From positions 320,001 to 384,000 of the forward strand of contig CAWAGQ010000005.1 of NCBI GenBank assembly GCA_963781585.1: a stretch of 64,000 nucleotides of DNA, given 5' to 3'. Positions within the stretch are counted from its first letter, which is position 1; every line of letters starts with the position of its first letter. Positions 1-9,957 of the stretch are shown here, piece by piece. Under the pieces are notes generated by a model. It searched no databases and was not told where the DNA came from. It saw only the letters and a program-made list of their open reading frames with translations. Source of the stretch: an uncultured Gemmatimonadaceae bacterium. GTDB lineage: Bacteria > Gemmatimonadota > Gemmatimonadetes > Gemmatimonadales > Gemmatimonadaceae. The position numbers and the translations under genes are program-made.

Positions 1-245
1 GTGACGACTACGCCGCTGCTCAGGTTGAAGTTGAGAGACGTGAGGTTGGTGGTGTAGGAACTTTGCTCGTAGAAGTACGCCTCTTCAGCCGTGGCGAGGT
101 TGCGCAGGTCGGAACGCAGAGATGCGGTATATGCCTTTCCTTTGGTGTTCTGGAACTTGGGAATGGCGATCGCCGCCAGCAGTCCAATAATGACGACGAC
201 GATCAGCAGCTCTATGAGGGTGAATCCACGGCGAGTGCGAGACAT
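1..245 (-). CDS. Type IV pilin / prepilin-type N-terminal methylation protein (partial, runs off window start)
   Basis: Manual translation from ATG 245: MSRTRRG|FTLIELLIVVVIIGLLAAIAIPKF, a class III signal (G-F-T-L-I-E). Absent from the ORF track. Confidence 0.92.
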   Translation of the reverse strand, partial: MSRTRRGFTLIELLIVVVIIGLLAAIAIPKFQNTKGKAYTASLRSDLRNLATAEEAYFYEQSSYTTNLTSLNFNLSSGVVV

Positions 246-328
246 GGGTGATCGCAGGATCTAGAAGGGCGCGTTTCGTGACCTACCGACGCCTGCTCAG
301 AGGCGTGAGTCACTGCGCGATGTAGGTG

Positions 329-342
329 GCAACGCCGGGGCC
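329..342 (-). promoter_or_regulatory. Putative sigma54 (-24/-12) promoter of the pilin gene
   Basis: Minus strand GGCCCCGGCGTTGC = GG-N10-GC with TTGC, about 85 bp upstream of the pilin ATG. Confidence 0.5.
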
Positions 343-473
343 GTGGCGCCCAAAAATCACCAAGTCCATGTGTTGGCATGACTTCCGACGAGAAGCGGAC
401 GGTTCGGGCATTGACTCAGGTCACTCGTTTCGCCGGTGGTGCGGCACCTTGCAAGACCATACCGCCTTGGATG

Positions 474-3443
474 TTACGCCTTCGCATCGAGCCAGTTCTT
501 CCCGTGACCGATGTCGACAACAAGGGGAACGGAGAGCTCCGCTGCATGCTCCATCTCGTTCCGGACGATGGCTTTGAGGCTCTCGAGTTCCCCCGGAGCG
601 ACATCGAACACGAGTTCATCGTGCACCTGGAGAATCATTCGGCTCAGCATGCCCTGCTCATCCAGCAGACGGTGAATCCGAATCATGGCGACCTTGATCA
701 GATCGGCCGCGGAGCCTTGGATCGGTGCGTTGGTGGCCACTCGCTCCCCAAAGGCGCGCATGTTGAAATTTCGCTCCCGCAGCTCGGGCACGTAGCGCCG
801 GCGTTTAAAGATGGTTTCGACAAATCCGTGTTCCCTCGCATAGGCGACCTGCGCATCCAGGTAGTCGCGAACGCCACGAAAGCGCTCGAAGTAGGTTGCA
901 ATGAACGCCTTGGCTTCCGAGGACGAGATCCGGAGCTGCCTCGCCAACGCCACCGCGCCCTGGCCGTAGATCGTGGCGAAGTTGATAGTCTTGGCACGAG
1001 CGCGCATCTCTGGCGTGACGTCCGCAACGGGCACGCTGAAGATGATCGCGGCCGTCTGCTTGTGAATGTCGCCGCCCGACGAAAAGGCATCAACGAACGC
1101 CGGGTCACGGGAGAGGTGTGCGAGAAGGCGCAGCTCGATCTGTGAATAGTCGGCGACCAACAGTTCCCAGCCATCGCGGGCGACGAACCCGCGCCGGATG
1201 TCGCGGCCCAGCTCTCTGCGAATCGGAATGTTTTGCAGGTTGGGATCGCTGGAGGATAGTCGTCCGGTGGCGGCCACGGTCTGATTGTACGAAGTGTGCA
1301 GTCGTTGATCGTCGGGATGGACGAGCGCCGGTAGAGTGTCGAGGTACGTCGATTCGAGCTTAGCGAGCTCCCGGTACTCCATCAGCAACGACGGCAATGC
1401 GTGTCCCTCGTCCGCCAGTTCCTGGAGCACGCTCGCATCTGTTGAGGGACCGCTGGCAGTCCGTTTTCGGATAGGCAAACCCAGTTTTTCGAAGAGTATC
1501 TTCCGCAGTTGCGGATTGGAGTTGATGTTGAAATCCTCACCTGCCGCGGCGTAGATCTCCCGCTCTACGCCCTGCCGCTCCCCTCGAAAGCGTTCCTTCA
1601 GCGACCGGAACCAAGCAAGGTCGATTGAGACGCCGGTCTCCTCCATGTCGGCCAACACTGCGATCAGTGGGATCTCGATATCCTCGAACAGGGTTGTGAG
1701 ACCATGCGCCTCGAGCTGCACTGACAAGCTGTCACGCAGACGAAGTGTGACATCGACCGCTTCACACGAGTAATCGCGTGCCGCCTCCACCGGTACGACA
1801 TCGAACGGGACCGCCTCCCGACCGCGGCCACAGAGGTCTTCGAACGACATCATCCGGAGGTTGAGAAACTCCTCTGCGAGGAGGTCGAGGCTGTGCGAGC
1901 GCCGGCCCGGATCCAGCACGTAGCTGGCGAGCATGGTGTCGAAGGTCAGTCCCTGAACGGGCACACTCGCTCGCCGTAGGACCAACACGTCATACTTCGC
2001 ATTTTGCGCGCACTTTTCTACGCGTGGGTCGGCGAGCAGATCGCGGAGCGGGCGCATGGCATCGCTCGTCAGTGTCGGCAGGTTCCGGGGCATCTGCGTC
2101 TGTTTGGCGAGCATACGAGCCGCTATTCCGCCTCCCTCACGACGAACAGGCTGGCTGCCGGACGGTGTGCCTGTTCTCCGGTTCCTGGCCTTGGCGGGGA
2201 GACCCACTCCCTCACGCTCACGCGTCGCAAGACCGGACAGCGTTTCCTCTGGTTTCGTCAGAAGGTCACCCTGCTCGGCGTGAAGCACGCGGTGGGCCAG
2301 GGGGAGATAGTAGGCTTCACCGGGAGACAGTGCGATGGAAATGCCGACGAGGCGCACCCGAAGTGGGTCGGTGGTGGTCGGACTCCCGGGTTCTGGAACC
2401 GTTTCGGTGTCGAACGTCATGCATCCCATCTGACGTGCCCTGGCCACGAGCTCCGAAACGGCCGCGACGCTGTCAGCCACGTGATAGCGCGCAGTCGAGC
2501 GGGCTTCGGAGTGATCCGTCTTCCGGTCGACATCGCGCAACAGGGTGGTGAACTCGAGGTCGAGATACAGCCGGCGCAGTTGTTCGGTATCCGGTGGGCC
2601 AACCTTGAATGAATCGAGATCGAGCGCGACGGGCACGTTCAGGCGAATCGTCACCAGTTCCTTGGAAAGGCGCGCTCGATCCGGATAGGTCGTGAGGGCC
2701 TCTCTTGGTCTCTTGCCGGGCAGTCCGGCGGCAGCATTCAGTATCGCCTCCAGTCCCCCGTATTGGCGGACGAGGTCGCGAGCCGTCTTCTGTCCGATCC
2801 CCGGTACGCCAGGGACGTTGTCCGACGAGTCGCCGACCAGCGCCAAGTAGTCCGTCACATGCTCTGGGGGCACTCCCAGCCGATCGGATGCGTTCTCCAG
2901 GCCGACCCATTGCTCGTCGACTCCCGCTGGGCCACCCCTCCCGGGATTGAGCAGCCAGACACCTGGCCCGACCAGCTGCTGGAAGTCCTTGTCCCCTGAC
3001 ACGATGACCACGTGTACGTGTTGCTGCTTCGCCTGGACAGCCAGCGTGCCGATCACGTCGTCTGCTTCGTATCCGGGTACGGTGACCAAGGGCACTCGGT
3101 ATGCACACAGAAGCTGCTCGATCCGGGCAACGCCCTGATCGAAGTCGGACTGGAGCTCTTCGCTGAGCTTCTGTCGTGTCGCCTTGTAGTCGGGAAATAT
3201 CGCGTGGCGAAATGAGAGTCCGGAGTCGTGTATCCACGCGATGTAGTCCGGCTGGTAGCGCCCCAACACCCCTTGCAGGAAGTTGGCGACGCCCCAGGCT
3301 GCAGACGTGTTCTCGCCTTTTGCCGTCGTCAGGGGACGCGAGAGCAACGCAAAGAAGGCACGGTAGATGAGTGCATAGCCGTCGATCAGGAAGAGCGTTG
3401 GAGGGTCGGGCGGCGTGACCGCGGGCACGTCATCTGGGGACAC
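474..3443 (-). CDS. polA: DNA polymerase I
   Basis: 5'-3' exonuclease (LIDGYALIYRAFFA, EADDVIGT, GDSSDN), 3'-5' exo-like domain (FDTET, QNAKYD) and polymerase motifs (DYSQIELR, RAKTINF, QVHDELV). Confidence 0.98.
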   Translation of the reverse strand: MSPDDVPAVTPPDPPTLFLIDGYALIYRAFFALLSRPLTTAKGENTSAAWGVANFLQGVLGRYQPDYIAWIHDSGLSFRHAIFPDYKATRQKLSEELQSDFDQGVARIEQLLCAYRVPLVTVPGYEADDVIGTLAVQAKQQHVHVVIVSGDKDFQQLVGPGVWLLNPGRGGPAGVDEQWVGLENASDRLGVPPEHVTDYLALVGDSSDNVPGVPGIGQKTARDLVRQYGGLEAILNAAAGLPGKRPREALTTYPDRARLSKELVTIRLNVPVALDLDSFKVGPPDTEQLRRLYLDLEFTTLLRDVDRKTDHSEARSTARYHVADSVAAVSELVARARQMGCMTFDTETVPEPGSPTTTDPLRVRLVGISIALSPGEAYYLPLAHRVLHAEQGDLLTKPEETLSGLATREREGVGLPAKARNRRTGTPSGSQPVRREGGGIAARMLAKQTQMPRNLPTLTSDAMRPLRDLLADPRVEKCAQNAKYDVLVLRRASVPVQGLTFDTMLASYVLDPGRRSHSLDLLAEEFLNLRMMSFEDLCGRGREAVPFDVVPVEAARDYSCEAVDVTLRLRDSLSVQLEAHGLTTLFEDIEIPLIAVLADMEETGVSIDLAWFRSLKERFRGERQGVEREIYAAAGEDFNINSNPQLRKILFEKLGLPIRKRTASGPSTDASVLQELADEGHALPSLLMEYRELAKLESTYLDTLPALVHPDDQRLHTSYNQTVAATGRLSSSDPNLQNIPIRRELGRDIRRGFVARDGWELLVADYSQIELRLLAHLSRDPAFVDAFSSGGDIHKQTAAIIFSVPVADVTPEMRARAKTINFATIYGQGAVALARQLRISSSEAKAFIATYFERFRGVRDYLDAQVAYAREHGFVETIFKRRRYVPELRERNFNMRAFGERVATNAPIQGSAADLIKVAMIRIHRLLDEQGMLSRMILQVHDELVFDVAPGELESLKAIVRNEMEHAAELSVPLVVDIGHGKNWLDAKA

Positions 3444-3566
3444 GGGCAGAAGTGGTTCAGGAGTGTGGAAGTCGACGATACAGTGAAACTAGGCGTGCGG
3501 TGGTGGTGCAGGAGTCTCGACTTGCTCGTTCGTGATCGCGCGGGTGCTCTCCAGCGGTGCCGCTAC

Positions 3567-3598
3567 AAAAAAAACCCGCCTGCCGGAGGGCAGGCGGG
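3567..3598 (-). terminator. Intrinsic terminator of cspA
   Basis: 10-bp stem CCCGCCTGCC/GGCAGGCGGG followed on the minus strand by U8. Confidence 0.85.
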
Positions 3599-3643
3599 CA
3601 GTTCCTTGTATGGCCGAGGCAGACGACTCGCGCCAAACGAGGC

Positions 3644-3847
3644 CTACGTGGCTCTGGTTACGTTGGTGGCGTGTAATCCCTTGGCACCGGTCTGGATTTC
3701 GAACTCCACCAGTTGGCCTTCGGCAAGAGTCTTGAAGCCATCCATCTGGATCGCGGAGAAATGCACGAAGACGTCCTCTCCGCCCTCCTGCTCGATGAAG
3801 CCGTACCCCTTGGCGTCATTGAACCACTTTACCTTCCCTCTGGCCAT
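3644..3847 (-). CDS. cspA: Cold-shock protein (CspA family)
   Basis: [18 protein letters not shown]...DVFVHFSAI (RNP1/RNP2); 67 aa from ATG 3847; GGAGG SD upstream. Confidence 0.96.
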   Translation of the reverse strand: MARGKVKWFNDAKGYGFIEQEGGEDVFVHFSAIQMDGFKTLAEGQLVEFEIQTGAKGLHATNVTRAT

Positions 3848-3923
3848 GCAAGCTGCCTCCTGCAGGGTGGAACACTCCCGCACAAACCTGTTGCGGGGCA
3901 AACCGCGTTGGTTTGCGGCCCCT

Positions 3924-3952
3924 TATATAGGCGTGGCCGAAGAGACTGTCAA
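3924..3952 (-). promoter_or_regulatory. sigma70-type promoter of cspA
   Basis: Minus strand TTGACA-N17-TATATA. Confidence 0.6.
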
Positions 3953-4070
3953 GAGAAGGTGTTACGGCACAACACGATACCTCGCTGTTGCGCCGTCGGT
4001 ATCGCTTTCCTGCCCCTGTTCATGACGCCCTGCGCTCGATTTGGCTAGTCGTGATTCAGGGCACAAACTA

Positions 4071-5471
4071 CTACGGCACAAGCAGCCGGCGGGCAACGCT
4101 TTCGAAGTCCGCCTCGGACGACATGGTCATTCGCCAACGACCGAAGCCCGTCTGGTCGACGAACACGATCTGGAGACGGTACTGTCGATAATCCCAGATC
4201 AGTGTGCTCCCGCGCTGACCAGCTGTGCTTGCGCTGGGCTCATATGTCTGGTCCGGGTTGCCTAACGCGACGTAGACGCGCCCGCGATCAGTAAGCCAAC
4301 CTGCGCCGCCCTCCTCCCGGAAGCGCGAGTTCGCCTGTGCGATGCGCGCGAAGTAGTCTCGCAAGCCTTCATGTTGCGGGGTCTGCGGAAAGGGGTCGGT
4401 GTCCCGCAGGAAGGCAGCCCACAGGCTCGCCCTCGTTTCGGCGGTCGCATCGCGAAGGGCCTGGAGCCGCGCCGGGGTCGCATAATATCTGAGGTAGTTC
4501 AACATCTCCGAGAATGAGGCGACGGGCAGATCTTCCCCGAATCCCACGAAGAGCGGTGTGCGCACGGTGTCCCTGCCCCCGGCGCGGCTCACTCCCACCG
4601 TCATCACTCCAACGCCGATCTTGGCCACCGGAACAGCGAACGTCCCACTGAAGAGATCGGTGCGATGCGGCAGGTCAATCGAATCGGCCCACAGCAGCGC
4701 GTTTCCTTCATCGCTGCGTACGGTGACGCGAAGGGGAAAGGTCTGATTTTGACCGTACCCCTCGACATACACCGGGAGAATCGAGTCTCGTCCGAAAACT
4801 GCCGTGGCGCGTGGCGTCGCCAGTATGTTCGGCAGTGTGTCGCGCCGGCCGCGGGCAGTGGCTTCGTAGAACGGGACAGGGGAGGAAACGGACCCGTCGG
4901 CAAAGCGTGGGACACCAACCGTTGCTTCGACCGCGCTCCCGTGCGTTACCCCTTCGTCCCGAACGGTTAGGCGCATTTCGTACGTTCCGGGATCCAGGCT
5001 CAGGAACTGTCGAAACAGGACGCTTTCATCAGTCCTGGTGGTTTCCCGGAAGACGAGCACTCTGACGGTTTCCTGGCCCTTGAGGTCGCGAACGAGCTGT
5101 GTGCCCCGCCGGACCTCCAGTTCGACGTTGTAGGCGGCGCGGAACCTGTCACCCTCGCGAGCGAAGTGCAGGACTCTGTTGGCCAATGCCACGGTCAGGA
5201 CCACCAGTGTGGAGTCGCTTGCCCCAGCGAAGAAGGAGAGGGTTCCAACGAATGGGGTCTCTCCCTCCTCGGCAAGAAGCCCCATTTTTCGGTACAGGGC
5301 GACTTCGTCGCTCTGCGTGGAGCTGCGACGGGCAGTGGTGGTACCGGCAGGCGTTTCCGGGCTCGAAGGCGTGCCGGGTGGAGTCGCGCGTGGCCCCGAG
5401 GCGCACGCGCCAGCGATCAGACCGAGGGCGACCGTCGCCCCACCAGAGATCCTCTGTCGCCAGAGTCGCAT
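4071..5471 (-). CDS. GWxTD domain-containing lipoprotein
   Basis: Lipobox-like LIAGAC; C-terminal GWLTDRGRVYVALGNPD motif. Confidence 0.85.
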   Translation of the reverse strand: MRLWRQRISGGATVALGLIAGACASGPRATPPGTPSSPETPAGTTTARRSSTQSDEVALYRKMGLLAEEGETPFVGTLSFFAGASDSTLVVLTVALANRVLHFAREGDRFRAAYNVELEVRRGTQLVRDLKGQETVRVLVFRETTRTDESVLFRQFLSLDPGTYEMRLTVRDEGVTHGSAVEATVGVPRFADGSVSSPVPFYEATARGRRDTLPNILATPRATAVFGRDSILPVYVEGYGQNQTFPLRVTVRSDEGNALLWADSIDLPHRTDLFSGTFAVPVAKIGVGVMTVGVSRAGGRDTVRTPLFVGFGEDLPVASFSEMLNYLRYYATPARLQALRDATAETRASLWAAFLRDTDPFPQTPQHEGLRDYFARIAQANSRFREEGGAGWLTDRGRVYVALGNPDQTYEPSASTAGQRGSTLIWDYRQYRLQIVFVDQTGFGRWRMTMSSEADFESVARRLLVP

Positions 5472-5572
5472 TCCGCCTCCAAGGGCCGCACAGGACGGCC
5501 ATCTTCAAGTTTGGAAGCCAACCATACCGTGCTTGCTTGCCGCGGTTCCACCGTGGCATTAGGTTCGCGGCC

Positions 5573-6505
5573 GTGCCAAAGGAAAACCTGATCGGTCAGA
5601 CCGTCGCTGGCTACTCCATTCAGGAATTGGTTGGCGAGGGTGGGACGTCCGTCGTCTATCGTGCCCACCATCCCCAGCACGGGACGGTGGCCTTCAAGGT
5701 CCTGCGCGACAAGCTCCGGCAGGACAAGACGGCGCTGGCGCGGTTTACGCGCGAGGCCAACTTTGGAAAGCGGGTCGAGCACCCCAACGTGATCAGGACC
5801 ATCGAAACGGGGGAGGCGGACTCGATTCCCTATCTCGTTATCGAATGGGCACCTGGGGATCTTCTGGAGCAGTACGCGAAGCGAAAAGCGCCACTGCCTC
5901 GAGCGGAGGTGGCGTCGATCATCCTGCAGATCGCCGACGCCGTGGGAGCCGCACACCTCTCGGGAATCGTCCATCGCGACCTGAAGCCAGACAATGCGAT
6001 GTACGATCCCGAAAGCGGCCGCGTGAAGCTGCTCGATTTCGGCATTGCCGCTGCCACCGACACATCGCAGGATGAACGGCTCACCCGTGCGGGCTACTTC
6101 GTGGGAACCCTGATGTACGTCGCGCCCGAGGCGCTATCGGGCGCGCTGGTGACTCCGGCGGCGGATCAATACAGCTTGGCGACGATCGCATATCTCCTCC
6201 TTACCGGCAACTTGCCGTACCTGGCAAAGTCGCCTCGCGAGATGTTCACGCAACTCCTCTCGCAGGCTCCAGTTTCGCTCAACAAGGCGCGTCCGAGTCT
6301 CGACTTCGGTCCGCGTGTCGAGGCCGTGGTGATGCGCGGTCTCTCCCGTGAACCTGCGGAGCGCTATCCCGACGTTCTGGTGTTTGCCCGTCAGCTACAC
6401 GACGTGTTGACTGGGCCTGCCACCGCGAACTCCGACCCGCGCGGTTCGAGCCCGCCGCAGGAGGAGGGGATCTTCTCGCGAGTGAAGGGCCTCTTCCGTC
6501 GATAG
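5573..6505 (+). CDS. Hanks-type Ser/Thr protein kinase (soluble)
   Basis: GEGGTSVVY, VAFK, HRDLKPDN, DFG and APE motifs; start taken at GTG 5573. Confidence 0.92.
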   Translation: MPKENLIGQTVAGYSIQELVGEGGTSVVYRAHHPQHGTVAFKVLRDKLRQDKTALARFTREANFGKRVEHPNVIRTIETGEADSIPYLVIEWAPGDLLEQYAKRKAPLPRAEVASIILQIADAVGAAHLSGIVHRDLKPDNAMYDPESGRVKLLDFGIAAATDTSQDERLTRAGYFVGTLMYVAPEALSGALVTPAADQYSLATIAYLLLTGNLPYLAKSPREMFTQLLSQAPVSLNKARPSLDFGPRVEAVVMRGLSREPAERYPDVLVFARQLHDVLTGPATANSDPRGSSPPQEEGIFSRVKGLFRR

Positions 6506-6596
6506 GAGTCTTCCGAGGTTCCACCGCGGCAGCGCCACCGGTGGTGCCGGACAGGACACCCGACCGGGTTGCGCAACTCCACCCCCTTTCAGCTCG

Positions 6597-7141
6597 ATGA
6601 CCGACCGCGACAGCCTCGTTCGTCTCCTGGCGCAACGCTCGGTCCGTCGCGGCGCGTTCACACTAGCCTCGGGACGCACGTCCTCCTATTACGTGGACGC
6701 GCGCCTAACAACGATGGCTCCCGAGGGGATGTCCCTCCTCGGGCCACTCGGCTTGCGGACTATTCGCGAGCGTGGCTGGCGTGCCGATGCCGTGGGTGGT
6801 CTGACGCTCGCCGCTGATCCCATCGCGTTTGCGATCGCGTTCGCCAGCAGTCAGCGCCACCACCGGTACGAGCATTCACGGTTCGGAAGGAGCCCAAACA
6901 GCATGGCACCGGCCGCCTCGTGGAGGGCCCGCTTGTGCCCGGCGATCAGGTCGTCATCGTCGAAGACGTCGTGACCACTGGCGCCTCCGCGCTCAGGGCT
7001 GCAGCTGGGGCGGCGGCCGCTGGTGCGGTTGTCCAAGGAGTTCTTGCCCTGGTCGACCGTGAGGAGGGTGGCGAGGCGGCGATCGCGGCCGCCGGCTACG
7101 ATGTGATCACCGTTGTCACAATCTCCGAACTGTTGCGGTAG
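6597..7141 (+). CDS. pyrE: Orotate phosphoribosyltransferase, split by one frameshift near 6852
   Basis: N-half FTLASGRTSSYYVDAR; C-half in another frame VRKEPKQHGTG and PRPP motif VIVEDVVTTGAS. Confidence 0.9.
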
Positions 7142-7195
7142 GGGTGTGCCTCGGTGGCGTGGACCACCCGAAAGACCCACGATACGTCCGGCTGT

Positions 7196-8053
7196 TCAGG
7201 AGCCGCGACCGAGCGGATCGAAGTTGCGCAGGACGGGGAGGAACGGCAGCACCAGGTCATCCCGAAAGTGTTGCAGCATGCCTTCGCCGTCATAGCGATC
7301 GCGGAACTCTGTGGCCGTCAGTTTCATCAGGGCGCGGACATGCCTGCCAAACGCCTGCGGGGATGAGTAATCGAGTTCATTGGCCACCAGCGCAATGGAG
7401 AGCCCGGGGTTCTCGAACATCCGAGCCGCGCACACCAGTCGCGCGAGCGCGAGATATTGCTTGGGGGCCGGCAGTCGCGCGCGGAAGAAGCGACTCATGA
7501 GGGTCGATGGCACGACCCCGAGGCGGCGTGCGAGTAGTCGTACGGTACGCACCTGGGGTGCCGACGCGAAGAACTCATCGAAGAAGCGCCGGCACCCATC
7601 GGGAGCGAGGCTCAGATCCCCGTCTATCCCGGCAACGGCCAGGCGGTACATCTCGGACGCTTGGTCATGCAGCAGCATGGTGCGCAGTCGTTGCCAGCCC
7701 CCCGGTTCGCGCACATCAACGAGGGTCCGCACACCACATCGCCCCAGCACCAGCACCGTCTGCGCGGCTTGCGGCGACAGATTGGATAGCAGGGCAACCG
7801 CCGGGACCCGGGGGAATTCACGGACCATCCGAGCGACTTTCGGTGCCTCATCGGCCGGACACCGTGCTGTGGAGACAATCATGGCGGCGGCCCGGCGATC
7901 ACGCAGATCGCGAAACGCGTCTTCCAGCGTGTCGCGGTGCCAAGCCCGGTAGATCCCGTGACCGGCCGCATCGACACGCATACGCTCATCGGGGGTCAGT
8001 ACTGTCGTTACGCCGGGAACCAGCGGGATCTCAGCGATGGAGCCGGGGAGCAT
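7196..8053 (-). CDS. AraC-family HTH regulator with a degenerate receiver-like N-terminus
   Basis: C-terminal AraC signature LSIALVANELDYSSPQAFGRHVR...TATEFR; start at ATG 8053 because the ORF extension overlaps rnpB. Confidence 0.75.
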   Translation of the reverse strand: MLPGSIAEIPLVPGVTTVLTPDERMRVDAAGHGIYRAWHRDTLEDAFRDLRDRRAAAMIVSTARCPADEAPKVARMVREFPRVPAVALLSNLSPQAAQTVLVLGRCGVRTLVDVREPGGWQRLRTMLLHDQASEMYRLAVAGIDGDLSLAPDGCRRFFDEFFASAPQVRTVRLLARRLGVVPSTLMSRFFRARLPAPKQYLALARLVCAARMFENPGLSIALVANELDYSSPQAFGRHVRALMKLTATEFRDRYDGEGMLQHFRDDLVLPFLPVLRNFDPLGRGS

Positions 8054-8284
8054 TGACGGCGTCCTCGTTAGGCATCGCGGTGTGGGAAGGTGGTCGAGTG
8101 CCGTGGGCAAACGACGATGTCGCGCCTCCGTCACGCTGCCGTCACTCGATGCCATCCGCGGGTCTTTCCGTCGGCGGGGGCCACCCCGCTGCTGCGCCAC
8201 CCCACTCGCGGTTGGTCGTGCAGGAAGCCGAATCACCGGCAGCCGCCCGCTGCCGCTCTGCCGAGGCTCTTCTATATTGACTGT

Positions 8285-8667
8285 GGTGCGGTGGCCGCGC
8301 AGTCGCGTGATTCGCGACCCGCGAATCAACGAGGAAAGTCCGGGCTCCATGGGCAACGCGCCAGGTAATACCTGGGCACGGCGTACGTGGCCGTGACGGA
8401 AAGTGCCACAGAAAACAGACCGCCCCGGCTGGCATGTGACGGGGCAAGGGTGAAAAGGTGGGGTAAGAGCCCACCGCGTCAGTGGTAACACTGGCGGCAC
8501 GGAAAACCCCGCGGGAGCAAGGCCAAATAGGCGGCGAGGAGGGCCCACTCCGATGAAGACGCCGCGGGTAGGCCGCTAGAGGGTGAGGGTGACTCCACTC
8601 CCAGAGGAATGACTGCACCGGCTTCGAGTCTGCCGGAACAGAACCCGGCTTACAGGCCGCTTGCACT
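8285..8667 (+). ncRNA. rnpB: RNase P RNA, type A
   Basis: GAGGAAAGTCCGGGCTCC, AAGTGCCACAGAAAA, GGTAAGAGCCCACC and ACAGAACCCGGCTTAC; P1 pairing 8285-8296 with 8655-8667; TATATT -10 at 8273-8278. Confidence 0.97.
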
Positions 8668-8668
8668 G

Positions 8669-8699
8669 GCCCCTGGTTCTCCTCCAGAGAACCAGGGGC
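8669..8699. terminator. Hairpin terminator between convergent rnpB and dnaN
   Basis: 13-bp stem GCCCCTGGTTCTC/GAGAACCAGGGGC with a 5-nt loop. Confidence 0.7.
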
Positions 8700-8728
8700 T
8701 CGTTTCCATTCCACCCTATGCACGCTAC

Positions 8729-9840
8729 TTAATCCACGAGCCGCAGGGGCATGACAAGACAGAGGTAGCTTCCCGGTCCACCCCAGTCATGAGGGGTAAT
8801 CGTGGCAGCTCGCTCCGCCGTCTTGAACGTGAAGTCGACCTCGTCTGTGGGCATGTACCGGAGGATCTCCAGCAAATAGCTGCTATTGAACCCGATCTCG
8901 AGGGGATCGCCCGTATATTGAACCGGAATTTCGTCCTGACCCTCGCCGACATCGGGCGTTTGCACCGTGAAACGCAGCAGGGCGGTGTTGAATGAGAGTT
9001 TGACCCGATGCGTCTGATCCGACGCCACCACCGCCATTCGCCGCAACGCGCTGATCAGCGACACCCGGTCGACGACAGCAACGCGGTCGTTGTCCCGGGG
9101 GATGACCTGATCATAGTTCGGATAGGGGCCCTCTATGAGGCGGGTGGATACGCTGGCGAGAGGACTTCGGAAGGCCAGGTGGCTCTCCCCTTGCCCGATT
9201 TCCACCTCCTCGTCGGGCGGGAAGACACGCCGTACCTGCTCCAGCGCCTTCGGAGGGAGGATGAAATCGCCTGTGGCGCCCTCACCCAGTTCTCCCGGCA
9301 CATCTATCATGGCAAGCCGGTGTCCGTTTGTTGCAACCATGCGCAGCTGTTGCGGGCGGATCTCCCACAACACGCCATTCAGAATGGGCCGACTCTCCTC
9401 GGTAGACACAGCAAATGCCGTTCGTGAAATGAGGTCCTGCAGCATGCTTCCCTTCAACCGCCACCCCGAATTGAACTGCACCGCCGGAAATGCCGGAAAC
9501 TCGTCTCGCGGCAAACCAAGCAGCTTGAACCTCGCTCGCCCACACTCCAGGGTCGCTCGCTGCTCGCCTATTGCCGCGAGCTTCACTGGGCCCGGTGGAA
9601 GTTCACGAGCAATTTCCCCCAGCCGCTTGGCTGGTAGCGTGAGGGCACCCGCAGCATCCACTTCCGCAGGCACCTCAACCGAGACCACCACATCCAGATC
9701 CGTCCCAGAAAAGCGCACACTCCGTTCACCCGCCTCCAAGAGCATATTCGACAAGACGGGCAGGGTGGTCTTGCGGGAACGGCGGTTGCAACACTCGTCA
9801 GCGCTTCCTGCAGCTTCTCCCGCGCTATGGTGAAGCGCAT
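8729..9840 (-). CDS. dnaN: DNA polymerase III beta clamp; one base missing near 9773
   Basis: MRFTIAREKLQEALTSVATAVPA then a frame change to KTTLPVLSNMLL...; VATNGHRL, LIEGPYPNY, LVMPLRL. Confidence 0.96.
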
Positions 9841-9852
9841 GTCGGGACCTCG

Positions 9853-9957
9853 AGTGGAGAATTGATCTTCTGCATCTGTTATATGAAAAGAATACAGTAG
9901 TAGCAGAGGTGTGGAGATGTTGCGGAAATCGGAGATCACGGGTGAACCTGTGGAAGC
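9853..9957. other. oriC: Predicted replication origin oriC
   Basis: Minus strand ATTTCCGCA-AC-ATCTCCACA-CCT-CTG CTA CTA CTG-TATTCTTTTCATATAAC between dnaA and dnaN; gene orientation flips here. Confidence 0.75.

Noticed and set aside
2080..2290. Intein in polA
   Set aside because: No Cys/Ser start, His-Asn end or endonuclease motifs.
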